A stretch of 64,000 bases of DNA from Octopus sinensis (GCF_006345805.1 NC_043008.1:18972001-19036000), one strand, 5' to 3'. Counted from the stretch's first letter, positions 50,771-63,793 are shown. Notes: generated by a model from the sequence alone, not told the origin. Program-made: numbers and translations.

Positions 50771-52554
50771 AATTACACAGCATAACTGTTTCTGCTGCAT
50801 CCGGCTTTTTTCATCTATGCGCCTCTATTCTACGTCTGGTTACAAACGTGTTTCAAAGTGAACTGAGTTTATTTATGCACGGCAAACGTATTTTACTAGG
50901 TTGCTATGGTTTTAAATACTAAAAATAAAGTGAGTGAGTGATTTTGAAACAATGTGGCTATAAAACATTTTCGTGTTTTATTTCGTCTGGGAATTAGGTT
51001 TGAGGACGAAACTGAGAAACTTAGACCCTAAAGTCAAAGAGTATTTCTCAATGCTTTGTACAAAAACTGGGTACTAAATGAGATTAAATAAAAAATACAT
51101 AAAATTCTATCAGAATGAATTAGATACATGTGTTATAAAGAACTTATTTATGAGATGGCTTTTTGAAAATTTCTCTGTATTAATGGAGTTTTAGATTATA
51201 TGCCGCTTTTATGTCCTCTATGTGTTGGTATGATTTATAAAAAGGCTTTTTTTAAAATTTAATGAGAATATGGATTGCTACTTGAAAGGCAAACTAGATA
51301 TCCTCCTGACATTATCCCGTGAATTCAGGCGGTTCCCATTTGTGTAGCGGATGCTAACTTATCCGTTACTTGCACGGATATGTAAGTGCGCACATCTTAA
51401 GGCTTGTTTCTGCCTAGTGTTAAACAACTGGTGTTTAGATGTAAAAATCTGGAGAATTTCCTGTATGCACAAGTTGTATCTTTATTCTGCTGTTATGCAA
51501 GGTGTAGCTATGCTAATTTTACTCCATTCTATACTAAACCTAACGTTTCTATCTTTAAGGGACTAGAAGAACGTGCTTAAGCTAGTGTTGTGCATTTTCA
51601 TCCTATCCTTAAACGAAATTACATAGTTCGCCAGTTTCGCCTTGAAGCTTGTCGAGTAAGCACCGATAAAGAAATGGGAATTTCACTCTGATGTAATCTT
51701 CGGCATACTAAATTTTCCCTCATGCATACAGCATTTAAGAGACAAATCTTATTTTTTCCACAACTACAAAGATTTTTTTCTTACTAATCCTGCCTATGTT
51801 TGTGGGACAATAACTAGACAACCCATTCACTTACTTTTCCTATCTAAAAACATTGTAACCTAGCAAAACGTTAGTCACGCATAAATAACTCAGTTCGCTT
51901 TGAACACCATTTGTGAACAGATGTATAGTTTAAAATAGCTGGATGCAAATGCAAATGCAACTATTAATTCTCTATGTAGCAGAAACACGTGTCGGTCGAA
52001 TCTAAACCAATTATGCTTTATAATTAACTGCAAAAATATTTTTTTTCAATTGCTGTTATACCACTCTCCGGGTTCACAGTAATTGATTTGGATTATTTAT
52101 ACGTGTGTGTGTGTGTATGTGTATGTGTGTATGTGTATGAGCACTTATATGCATATATATAGAGAGAGAGTTAGACAGACAGACAGACAGACTGATAGAT
52201 AGACAGACAGACAGATTGACAGACAGATAGATATAGATAAATGTGCGTGTGTATTTGCGTTTATGTGTATATGATAATCTTTTATAAAGCCAAAACAATG
52301 GAAGTTACAAAAAAATTAAAGATGCATGCTGCTAGTTAATACTGTTACCTAGTATTTCAATATTTTAAGGCGAAGGGCCATTCTTCGCGAAATTCTAACC
52401 GTGAAATATTAAAATATCAAGTAATAGAACTAAAAGTCGACCCGCGTTATAATATTCTTTATACAAGTTGCATTGTTTTGGCTTGAAAAATTTATAAATA
52501 AAACTTTTATACACACCAGACAATGCTTCATGCAAACTATACAACTCCAAAAAT

Positions 52555-52755
52555 TATGTGTGTGTGTGTGTATGAATGTGTGTATATATGTATATATATG
52601 TATATATATATACATATATATATACATATATATATACATATGTATATATATACATATGTATATATATGTGCGTGTGTGTGTATGTATATATATATATATA
52701 TATGTGGTGTGTGTGTGTGTGTATGTATACCTATATATGTATATATATATATGTA

Positions 52756-52804
<49 letters not shown>

Positions 52805-52897
52805 CATATATGTATATATATACATATGTATGTATATATATATATATGCGTGTGTGTGTATGTATAATATATATGTGTGTGTGTTTAATGTATGTAT

Positions 52898-52939
<42 letters not shown>

Positions 52940-52989
52940 AAAAATTAGGATATAAACATATATATATACATATGCGTGTGTGAACATAT

Positions 52990-52990
<1 letters not shown>
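52555..52990. repeat. Degenerate (TA)n/(TG)n array, one of many in the window
   Basis: Direct reading; it is the source of spurious Y/I-rich ORFs. Confidence 0.9.
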
Positions 52991-53067
<77 letters not shown>

Positions 53068-53077
53068 TAGTTTTGGG

Positions 53078-53365
53078 CCGACCAAAGCCTTGTGAGTGGA
53101 TTTGGTAGACGGAAACTGAAAGAATCCCGTCGTATATATGTATATATATATGTTTGTGTGTCTGTGTCTGACCCCCACCATCCCTTGACAACCGATGCTG
53201 GTGTGTTTACGTACCCGTAACTTAGCGGCTCGGCAAAAAAGACCGATAGGATAAGTACTAGGCTTACAAAGAATAAGTCCTGGGTTTCGATTTGCTCGAC
53301 TAAAAGCGGAGCTCCAGCATGGCCGCAGTCAAATGACTGAAACAAGTAAAAGAGAGTAAAAAAGT
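53078..53365 (+). mobile_element. SINE S2, 5'-truncated
   Basis: gggccgaccaaagccttgtgagtgg...gactgaaacaagtaaaagag. Confidence 0.8.
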
Positions 53366-53787
53366 AAGAGAATAAGTATTTCAGTTACGTTATTGTTGTT
53401 GTTTTATCCTTTTTTATCTTTTTTTGTTGATGTTTTACTGTCTATATGGCTGTGGGGTTTTCTGTTTTTTGTGTGTGGTGGTAGTTTAGTTAATTGGAAA
53501 ATATAAATATATACTAACCATTCCATGGTGCTGGCAACGAGAGGTCCGCAGCTCGCTAATGTTGTTGTTTGAATAATTATTATCTCTACATGACTAATTA
53601 TTACAATTCCCCTAGTCTTTATCTGCCTATCTCATATATTGACAAAATGCCTAACTTTTAGTGCTGATATAGATTACAACAACAACAACAACAACAACAA
53701 CGATGACGACAAATAAATTTGTCTTAGACCTCTTGACACAGCTCTGCAATGTTTCTCAGTAAATATTGCAGTTATTGTTATCATCGA

Positions 53788-53935
53788 TGTTCTGAGTTCA
53801 AATTCCGCCGAGGTCGACTTTGCCTTTCATCCTTTCGGAGGTCGATAAATTAAGTATCAGTTGCGTACTGGGGTCGACCTAATCTATTGGCCCACTCCCC
53901 CAAAATTTCGGGCCTTCTGCCTAGAGTAGAAAAGA
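53788..53935 (+). mobile_element. SINE S1 partial copy with an alternative 3' end, leading into (TAT)n
   Basis: gttctgagttcaaattccgccgaggtcgac...cctagagtagaaaag; same ending as 62440-62489. Confidence 0.7.
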
Positions 53936-53955
53936 TTATTATTATATTATTATTA

Positions 53956-54007
<52 letters not shown>

Positions 54008-54008
<1 letters not shown>

Positions 54009-54373
54009 TATGTTTGACCTTTGCTTTACATTTGTACAAGTTGGCTCCAAGTCTCATCCAGAGACCTCAAGAGACAACAGGTTTGAAGTTCATGTTGTTG
54101 TTATACCTAGTGTTGCATATATTTGGTTTTGTATTTAGTGTTGTACTAGTGAATGTCTAAAAAAAACATACGAAAATTATGTTTATTTTAAAACTTGAGA
54201 TTACATAGAAAGTATTTTGCGTAGGATATGAGTAGTTCCTATGAGCACTATCTTTTGAATTTCTGCCATTTTGGGGTTTACTGGTATCTGAGTTAGGTAG
54301 CAATCAGCCCCTTTTGCTATCATTCTCAGGGCACCTATGACAACAGGTATTGTTTTAGTCTTCAGGTTCCACA

Positions 54374-54375
<2 letters not shown>
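54008..54375 (-). mobile_element. 3' end of an R4/Dong-like family (X) in (TAA)n
   Basis: KMWNLKTKTIPVVIGAL...IQKIVLIGTTHILRKILSM* plus a distinct 3' UTR; flanked by (TAA)n. Confidence 0.8.
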
Positions 54376-54471
<96 letters not shown>

Positions 54472-54472
<1 letters not shown>

Positions 54473-56220
54473 TTATTTTTTCTTCTTTCAAATTTGCTTC
54501 CATTTCTTGCCGAGTGTCTTCCCGACTCCTAGGGCAAAGAAACTCATAGTATACATTGGTAGGCCATTAAACCAAACTCAATAGTTCGTTCATTTTTTTT
54601 TTTTTTTTTTCAAAGTTGAATTAAAATACATGAGCAGCAACAGTTCTCACATCGACAATGCTCTTCTCAATACGTGTGATGTACCAGTTAAGACAATCTT
54701 TTGCACTTCTTGCAGGGATGGTAAGCCAGGGATCATTCTCATATAATTTTCGGTTCCCTTCTTGATCATTCCTAGTGCTCCTACGATCACTGGTATTGTA
54801 ACCGCCTTGAGATGCCACATTTTCTCAATTTCAATGAGTAGGTCTTTATATTTTCTGAGCTTGTCAAACTCTTTCGCTGAGATATTATGATCACAGGGGA
54901 TGCTCATGTCGATCAATAAGCAAACTTTATTGTTTTGGTCTTTCACAACAATATCTGGTTTATTGGCCTTGATGGTTCGGTCTGTATGTACTGGAAAGTC
55001 CCACAGAATGGTTACATTTTCTCCTTCAGTTACAGCCTCAGGGTGGTGATTATACCACTTGTCGGCAGTTTTGATATTGTAATGCCGACTTATTAGCCAG
55101 TGGAGATATTGGCCAACTCTGTCATGTCTTAATTTATACTCCACTGGTGCTAAGACTTTACATCCAGAGATTAGGTGGTCCACTGTTTCAATCATGTCGT
55201 TGCAGAATCGGCATTTTGGGTCTGCTCCATTTTTCATCACATTGGCCTGGTAGTTCCGGGTTAATAGGCTTTGATCTTGAGCAGCCAGGATGAAACCTTC
55301 GCTCTCTGCTTTTAGCCCTGAGCTCCGTAGCCACTGATGGGTTTGCTTCTGGTCAACATCAGCTTGTTTGCTGCGGGTCACATATTTGCCGTGCAGAGGT
55401 TTCTCCTCCCACCTATCAGCCAATTGCTCGTGCGCTTTCTTCATTGCCATCATTTTCACCTTCTTTGCAACAATAGTTGCCGTACTTCCCTCGGGTTGTT
55501 CAGTTTGGGTATCCTGCACGAGATCAATAGCAAATGTTTTGCTTTCCTTTATGATAGAATGAAGCTTCTTTCGTCTCTCGTGATTTTCCACGAGCTTTAG
55601 CATCCAGTCATTCGATATTTCGAGATATTTGGCCAGTCCAATTGTGGTTGTTTTGTAAGCTAGTTCAAATTGGATCAGGCCTCGACCTCCTTGGGCTCTG
55701 GGAAGGTAAAGGCGATCTACGTCTGCCTTTGGGTGGTGCATCCTATAACAACTCAGCAGCTTGCGTATTTTTCCATCTATATTCTTTACTTCACTCATAT
55801 TCCAGTTCAACACATTGTAGCTATAAGTAACAACTGGAACTGCTAAGGAATTTATAGCTAACACCTTGTTACGTGCATTTAGTTCAGATTTCAGGACTGC
55901 ACGAACTCTCCTATAACATTCCTTCCTGATTTTCTCTTTCATGCTTGCATGCTGAATACCAGAGCCTTCATTTATCCCTAAATATTTGTATGTTTGTTCT
56001 TGCTCAAGCTCTCTTATGACTGTGTCAACATCTAACACGACTGAATTTGTGGTCTTCACTTTCCCTTTTTGGAAAGTGGCCTTGGCACACTTCTCAAGTC
56101 CAAACTCCATCCCGATGTCATCGCTGAATGCTTTCACGGTGCGCAATAGGCCTTCAAGTTCATTATTGTCTTTACCATAAAGTTTTAAGTCATCCATATA
56201 AAATAGATGGCTTATTTTTT
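54472..56220 (-). mobile_element. R4/Dong-like RLE non-LTR retrotransposon (family A), 5'-truncated, ORF uninterrupted
   Basis: ISHLFYMDDLKLY (RT), thumb region HPKADVDRLYLPR..GGRGL, CCHC CRFC..ETVDHLISGC, RHDRV, PDIVVKD..LLIDMSIP (PD-(D/E)xK nuclease). Stop at 54647; flanked on both sides by (TAA)n. Confidence 0.92.
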
Positions 56221-56243
56221 TATTATTATTATTATTATTATTA

Positions 56244-56273
<30 letters not shown>

Positions 56274-56274
<1 letters not shown>

Positions 56275-58752
56275 AGCGTGCTTTCACTTCACTACCAAGC
56301 GCAGCTCTGTGTGCCTTAGGTATGTGCTGTGATTTGTTGTGATGCTCTGATGGTTATTGTATGGAAAGTGTTCTGCGTAGGATGTGTGCAGTGCCTAGTA
56401 GTGCAATTTTCTGTATGTTATATGTGTTTGTAAGTCCTGGTGTTTTTGTTATGTATTTGTCTGAATATTTTTTTATCATGCCTAATGCACCTACTATGAT
56501 AGGAATTGTTTCTGTTTTTAGATTCCACATTCTGGTTACCTCTATTTCCAGGTCTTTGTATTTTGAAAGTTTCTCCATTTCTTTTAGACACACGTTGTCA
56601 TCTGCCGGTATTGATACATCAATTAGAAAGCATTTTTTTCTTCATGATCTCTGACAACTATATCTGGTCTGTTGGCCTTAATTTCTCTATCTGTGTGTAT
56701 CGGCATATCCCAGAGTATGGTTGCTTTCTCGTTTTCTGTAACCTTTTCTGGTGTGTGCCTATACCATCTTTTTTCTGTTGTTATTCCATAATGTTGGCAT
56801 AGATTCCAGTGTATGTAGGTTCCAACTCTGTCATGTCTGTGAATATATTCCTTCTTAGCCAGGACTGGGCAGCCAGAGATAATATGATTTATTGTTTCTT
56901 GTCCATCTCCACATATTCTGCAGTTACTTGCTATATTTCTTTTCATTACATGTTTTTGGTAATTTCTGGTGGGGAGGCTTTGGTCTTGTGCTGCAATTAA
57001 AAATCCTTCTGTCTCTGCTTTGAGTCCTGAGCTTCTCAACCATTGCTGGGATTTTTCTTTGTCTATTTCTTTGCGTTTAGTTTAGTCAAGTATTTACCAT
57101 GAAGGGGCTTTTCTTGCCATCGTTTTATCATGGTTCGTTGCTGTTCTGTTTTTAGTTTGGATTTCATTTGTTTTATAGCTTTTGTTGTTTCTTCTTCTTC
57201 TTCTTCTTCTTCTTCTTCTTCTTCTTCTTCTTCTTCTTCTTCTTCTTCTTCTTCTTCTTCTTTTTCTTCTTCTTCTTCATATTTATTAGGTGGTATGATT
57301 TCTTGTTTGTATTTGTCAGCTTCCTTAAATACTGAGAACAGTTTTTTGTTTTGCTCGTGTTTTGCCGCTATTTGTATCAGTTTTCCTTCCTTCTGAAGTA
57401 GATATTTTTGCAGTCCTATGGTGGTTATTTTATAGTAGTTTTCCAGTTGTATAAGGCCTCTACCACCTTCTATACGTTGTATATATAGTCTTTCTATGTC
57501 AGATTTTGGGTGATGCATCCTAGATCCTGTCATTATTTTTCTTGTTTTCCTATCTATTTTGGTCAGTTCATTTAGTGTCCAGTTAAGGATATTGTAGCTC
57601 TAACTTATAACTGGGACAGCTAAAGTGTTAATACCTATTATCTTGTTTTTAGCATTGAGCTCTGTTTTTAGTATTGATCTAACTCGTCTATAATATTCTT
57701 TTTTTATTTTCCCTTTCATTTGTGTGTGTTGTGTCTTATTTAGTTCATGGATTCCTAAGTATTTGTAAGTTTGGCTTTGGTCTAATTCTTTTATTTCATT
57801 GGTTTTATCTAGTGTGATGTTGCTACTCTTAACTAGTTTTCCTCTTTTCAGGGTTACTTTGGCGCATTTTTCTAATCCAAATTTCATATCTATTTCTTTG
57901 GTAAATCCATGAACTGTCTTTAATAGTGTTTCCAGCTGTTTGTCATTTGCAGCGTATAGTTTTAGGTCATCCATATATAAAAGGTGGCTGATCGTTTTGC
58001 CGTAACATTTATATCCGCATCCAGTTCTATTTAGCATATCAGATAGAGGTGACAGTGCCAAGCAGAAAAGGAGTGGAGAGAGAGTGTCTCCCTAGAATAT
58101 TCCTCTTCTAATGGGGATGGCTTTGGTTTTCATGAGTCCCTCTTTTGTTTGGAGCTGTAGCACGGTTTGCCATTTATTCATAGAGTGCCCTATGAATTTT
58201 ATAAGGGTTGGTGCTACTTTGTTAATGGTTAGTGTTTCGAGGATCCATGTGTGGGGGATGCTATCAAACGCCTTTTTGTAATCGATCCAGGCCATACTGA
58301 GGCCTTTTTTCTTTCTGTGGCTGTCTTCAGTTATGGTTTTATTAATCATTAGTTGATCTTTACAGCCATATGAGCCTTTGCGGCATCCTTTCTGCTCTTC
58401 TGGAAACAGGTTGTTTTCGTCCAGGTGCTTGTTCAACCTTTGCTTTATCACTGCAGTAAATGCCTTGTATATTGTAGGGAGACATGTTATTGGCCTGTAG
58501 TTTTCTGGTTTTGCTGTCTCATTTGATTTGGGAATTAAGATAGTTTTCCCCTTCTCTGGCTCTGCTAGTATGCTGTTAAAGTTTTCAGCCAGCTTTTTGT
58601 GCATTCCTGTTAGATATTTCAACCAGAAGTTATGTGCATTCCTGTTAGATATTTCAACCAGAAGTTATATTTCAACCAGAAGAGATATTTCAACCAGAAG
58701 TTATATTTCAACCAGAAGTTATATTTCAACCAGAAGTTAGATATTTCAACCT
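56274..58752 (-). mobile_element. R4/Dong-like RLE retrotransposon (family B), 5'-truncated, disrupted
   Basis: NYRPITCLPTIYK, QKG, WIDYKKAFDSIPH, GIF*GD, YMDDLKLY, CRICGDGQETINHIISGC, RPDIVVRD. Contains stops and frameshifts; bounded by (TAA)n. Confidence 0.92.
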
Positions 58753-58787
58753 ATTATTATTATTATTAATTATTATTATTATTATTA

Positions 58788-58836
<49 letters not shown>

Positions 58837-58872
58837 TATTATTATTATTATTATTATTATTTATTATTATTA

Positions 58873-58945
<73 letters not shown>

Positions 58946-58980
58946 TATTATTATTATTATTATTGTCATTATTATTATTC

Positions 58981-59090
58981 AGTAGTTTTATTTTCGTAAC
59001 GTGCTTTCACTTCACTACCGAGCGCAGCTCTGTGTGCCTTGGGCATGTGCTGTGGTTTGGTTTGATGCTCTTATGGTTACTGTATTGAAA
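58981..59090 (-). mobile_element. 3' terminal ~110 bp of a family-B-like element
   Basis: gtgctttcacttcactaccgagcgcagctctgtgtgccttgg matches 56278-56365; abuts (TAA)n. Confidence 0.75.
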
Positions 59091-59443
59091 GGGAAAGAGC
59101 AGTGCATGCCATCAAAGTGATGGCCAGTATGAACGGACCAACTCTGAGGATACACCTGTGAAAAATTAAAAGGAAATATAAAAGGAGAAAGAGGCTCTCT
59201 ACCCCACTTTTGACCAGGCCCCCGTGGCTTTTATGGGTTTTTCCGCGAGTGACCATTCGAAGCGCCTCCCCCTACTGGGAGTTTTAATTGTTACTTATAT
59301 TTCGTCATTATCCTGCTTCTGTACACGGACTTTTTTCAAACGGACAAAACCCTTTGTAACTTTCGTCCTGTGTTTTGTCCATTTATGTTTTAATTGATTT
59401 TTGTTCGCCCTTGTGGCCAATAAACGAATTAATTGTTGTTGTT

Positions 59444-59476
<33 letters not shown>

Positions 59477-59479
59477 ATA

Positions 59480-60010
59480 GACGTCGCACAGCATACAATA
59501 TCGTTAGGTTGTTGATTGAAGATTTTGAGTCTACCGGGGGTTTGTACTGTCCGTCAAGTCACAACAAGGACCTCAGACAAACAGTACTTTACGCAATATG
59601 CGTGCAGCTCCAAGTAATGCCGACTTTTGCAATACACCTGGATGTTGTTTTTTTTTCAGATTGGGTGGTATTGAACCCAATGTTCCGATGACGATAGGGA
59701 TAACCTTTATGATTGAATCTCAAGGCTACTAAATCTTAGCGATCTCAATTCTCAGGTCTCCATATTTATCAACCTTTTCTCTTTTTTTATGAAGATATTT
59801 TGATCTCCTGCCACTGCCACGTCAATTATTAGGTACTCTTGTTTGTCCCTCCTAAAGGTTACTATATTCGGCCTTCAGTGCTCTAATACCTTGTCTGTCT
59901 GGAAACCAAAGTCCCAGAGAATTTTTGCTTTCCCCTTTTCGTCCATTATCTTTTCCGGTGTTATTATTTCTTTTTATCACAAGTTTTGTTGGAGCTCCTG
60001 AAGTCTTGCA
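59480..60010 (-). mobile_element. 3' end of a further R4/Dong-like family (D) ending in (CAA)n
   Basis: Minus frames WDFGFQTDK, LIIDVAV, VIPIVIGTLG, LQKSALLGAARILRKVL. The 3' UTR runs into (AAC)n at 59430-59478. Confidence 0.75.
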
Positions 60011-61385
60011 TGCGTAGCGCGCTTGCTACCTGTAGCCTACAGAATCATACTACCCGTTTTTTTTTTTTAAGCTAATGCTTTCCTGATTATTCTGGCCGTG
60101 CCAAGGAGGGTAACCTTTTGTAACAGTTCTACCGGGTACTCTATTCCAACTTCCTTTATATTCCTCTTGATGCCTTCTGATACTGTTCCCAAGGACCCAA
60201 CTATAATTGGAACTATCTTCACCTTCTTCATTTTCCATAGCCGTGCTATTTCGTACTTAAGAGGGTTGTATATATCTACCTTTACGCCTTCTTTCTTGGC
60301 TATTCGTGGGTCAAAGGGGCATGCAACATCAACTATATAGCATATGTAGTGCGCTTGTCCACCACTGCCAAGTCCAGTCTGCTATTCTCTAGCGCATGAT
60401 CTCTTTGGATTGGGATATTCCAGAGGATTTTGATAGTCTCCGATTCCGCCACTCTCTGTGGTTTGTGCTCATTCCACGTCTTGCCTCTCTCTAGCCCCCA
60501 CTTTTCACACAGTTTCCAATGTAACACTTTCGGTACCTGATCGTGTCGCCACAACTTGTAGTGGTTTGGGGCAAGTTTAGGGCATTCGTTCGTGATATGG
60601 GTAATACTTTCATCCACTCTGTTGCAGATGCCGCACAGCAGAGACACTTGCTCATTCCTAAGGTTGACCCTCCAGTTCGTGGTTAAAGTTTGGTCTTGTG
60701 CTGCCAGTATCGTGCTCTCGGTCTCTTTTTTTTTAGTGTTCCCTTCATCAGCCAATCCCACCTTTTTTTTTTCCAGCAACTTCTGTTGTGGCTTCATGGA
60801 ATTGATTGTGTATTCCCTTCTTGTGTAATTCTTCTTCATATCCTTTTTGTACTTCTTCCTTTGTTTTTCCTTTTTGCTCTGCTCTCAGTATTCCCTCGTT
60901 CCTAACTGTTACCAGCAAGGTTTCCTTACTTTGGGATAGGTATCTCATTAAGCTCTCGAGTTCGATACGCACGCAATCTTCCGCACTTATCAGTATCCTT
61001 CCTCCATTTTCTCTCTTCATGTCTTGGCGATCAGTGTGTGCAGGTGGATGATGGGTTCCATGCATCGTTAGGAGCTTTCTTGATTTTCTGCCCTTCTCCT
61101 TCAGCCTCCTCCTCTGTCCACTTCAGGATTCCAGTGTCATACTGTAATACTGCGACTGCACTCGAGTTTATGGCAGAAATAATGTTTTGGGCATTCAGCT
61201 TTGAAGCCAATATTTTTCTCACTCGCCGCAGGTACTCTCTTTTTGTCTTTTCCTTCATGTCATTGTGTTTGATTCCGTCTGCCTCAAGTACTCCCAGGTA
61301 TTTATAACTAGGTTGAGGTTGAACTGCCTTCATCATTTCACCACTTAGCAACCATATACCTTCTGTCCTGACAAGCTTCTGTATC
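60010..61385 (-). mobile_element. R4/Dong-like RLE retrotransposon (older family C), decayed
   Basis: YKYLGVLEADGIKH, ILAAQDQTL, CGICNRVDESITHITNEC, RHDQV, RLDLAVVDK, IVPIIVGSLG; multiple frameshifts. Confidence 0.85.
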
Positions 61386-61726
61386 TTCTTTTAAATATGT
61401 CATACAGATATCAACGACTTTTAACAACGGCACTGTTATAAAATAGGGAGAGGTTTTATAATAGGGACAGACAAACAGACTGACTGACAGATAAACTGAC
61501 AGACAGATGGATACATGACGGGAGGGAGAAAGAGGGAGAGAGAGAGGGGGGAGAGAGAGGGAGGGAGAGTATAATCGATTGGTTAGTTCTTAATACTTAT
61601 CCTTATTAATCATAGAAGGACGAGAGACAAAATCGACTCTGGCCGAATTTGAACTCGGGATGAGGAGAAAAAAGACCAGATACTATTTATTGCAAGATAT
61701 TTATTTGGTTCAAATAAATATCTGTG

Positions 61727-62489
61727 AACTAGCAGAAACGTTAGCACGCCGGGCGAAATGCTTAGCAGTATTTCGTCTGCCGTTACGTTCTGAGTTCAAA
61801 TTCCAGCGCGGTCGACTTTGTCTCTCATCCTTTCGGGGTCGATTAAATAAGTACCAGTTACGCACTGGGGTCGATATAATCGACTTAATCCGTTTGTCTG
61901 TCCCTGTTTGTCCTCTCTGTGTTTAGCCCCTTGTGGGTAGTAAAGACATAGTTATTTCGTCTGCCGTTACGTTCTGAGTTCAAATTCCACCGCGGTCGAC
62001 TTTGTCTCTCATCCTTTCGGGGTCGATTAAATAAGTACCAGTTACGCACTGGGGTCGATATAATCGACTTAATCCGTTTGTCTGTCCTTGTTTGTCCTCT
62101 CTGTGTTTAGCCCCTTGTGGGTAGTAAAGAAATAGGTATTTCGTCTGCCGCTACGTTCTGAGTTCAAATTCTGCCGAGGTCGACTTCGCTTTTCATCCTT
62201 TCGGGGGTCGATTAAATAAGTACCAGTTACGCACTGGAGTCGATATAATCGACTTAATCCGTTTGTCTGTCCCTGCTTGTCCTCTCTGTGTTTAGCCCCT
62301 TGTGGGTAGTAAAGAAATAGGTATTTCGTCTGCCGCTACGTTCTGAGTTCAAATTCCACCGAGGTCGACTTTGCTTTTCATCCTTTCGGGGGTCGATAAA
62401 TTAAGTACCAGTTGCGTACTGGGGTCGATCTAATCGACTCCCCTCCTCCCCCAAAATTTCGGGCCTTGTGCCTAGAGTAGAAAAGAATA
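61727..62489 (+). mobile_element. SINE S1 tetramer (head + 4 cores)
   Basis: Core starts at 61768, 61952, 62136 and 62321 (184-185-bp period); the last core has the alternative 3' end. Confidence 0.88.
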
Positions 62490-62672
62490 TTCAGATGGCT
62501 TCCGGTCTTTCATTGTCAGCTAAACTTTTCTCAACTTTAATCTTTATGCTTTCCAACACTGTTCACTGTTCGTCAATGTATCACACTCTCCTGAAAAATT
62601 AGACACAAAAAATCGTCAAATTTAACCCGAACACCCAGTATCTATTTAACATCGTAGTTTTTACCTTATTCG

Positions 62673-62916
62673 TGGAGGCGTGTGGCTTAGTGGTTAGGGT
62701 GTCAGCATCATGATCGTAAGATTGTGGTTTCGATTCCTGGATCGGGCGACGCGTTGTGTTCTTGAGCAAAACACTTCATTTCACGTTCCTCCAGTACACT
62801 CATCTGGGAAAAATGAGAAACGCTGCGATGGACTGGCGTCCCATCCAGCTGGGAAACACACACCATTGAAACTGGGAAACCGGGGCCATGAGCCTGGCTA
62901 GGCTTTAAAAGGGCGC
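62673..62916 (+). mobile_element. SINE S3 variant with an alternative tail
   Basis: ggaggcgtgtggcttagtggttaggg...gggccatgagcctggctaggctttaaaaggg; the tail also occurs at 2862-2950. Confidence 0.8.
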
Positions 62917-63282
62917 GTATATTATTTTATTTATCTTATTCAGAGCCAAGTCTCAAATTTATGAGCTTCTCAAATTTTTTAGAAAATATTCATTATGCTT
63001 TTGCTTTTTTTTTTTCATTTTCTTTATTTTTTTTCACTTTTACTTGCTGGAAGACGAACCCAAAATGGTGTATCTATATATATATGGGGGGGGGGTGACA
63101 TAGAGTACTTAATAAAAAAAAAGACAGTGGTTTATATATACCCTTCCAGAGGATTTGATAAATAAAACACTGCGAGAAAGACACAGGCAACCAGATAGAG
63201 GTATATTAATATATATTTCTGGATATGTGACCGTTTCTTCTGAACAAGAAAATTAGATGGGGAAAAAATGCGTCAGTAAAAA

Positions 63283-63315
<33 letters not shown>

Positions 63316-63425
63316 TGTATGTATGTGGGGATGGATGCATGTAGATGTATGCCTGTGGTATGTGCGTGTGTATGACTATGTATTGTATGTGTTACTTGTA
63401 AATATACATTTGTGCTTGTGTGTGA

Positions 63426-63458
<33 letters not shown>

Positions 63459-63793
63459 CTCACACATGTATATGTTTGTGTATACGTACGTGTGTGTGCG
63501 CACGCGCGTGTGTACTTTCTACAAAAAAAGCACCATCATGGCAGTTTAGATAGCAACGATGAGTGATATATATTGAACTTAAAGTAAGTCTCGCATATTT
63601 TGCAGTATCTAAGTGTATGTGTGTGTGTGTGTCTGTGTGTTTGTATGTGTGTGTGTGCGTGTATATATACATATATCTATGTTATATGTAAGTATGCCTA
63701 TATACATATATACATATATATATATGCATATATATGCGTACACATACACACACATATATATATACACATATATATACATATATCTATACATAT

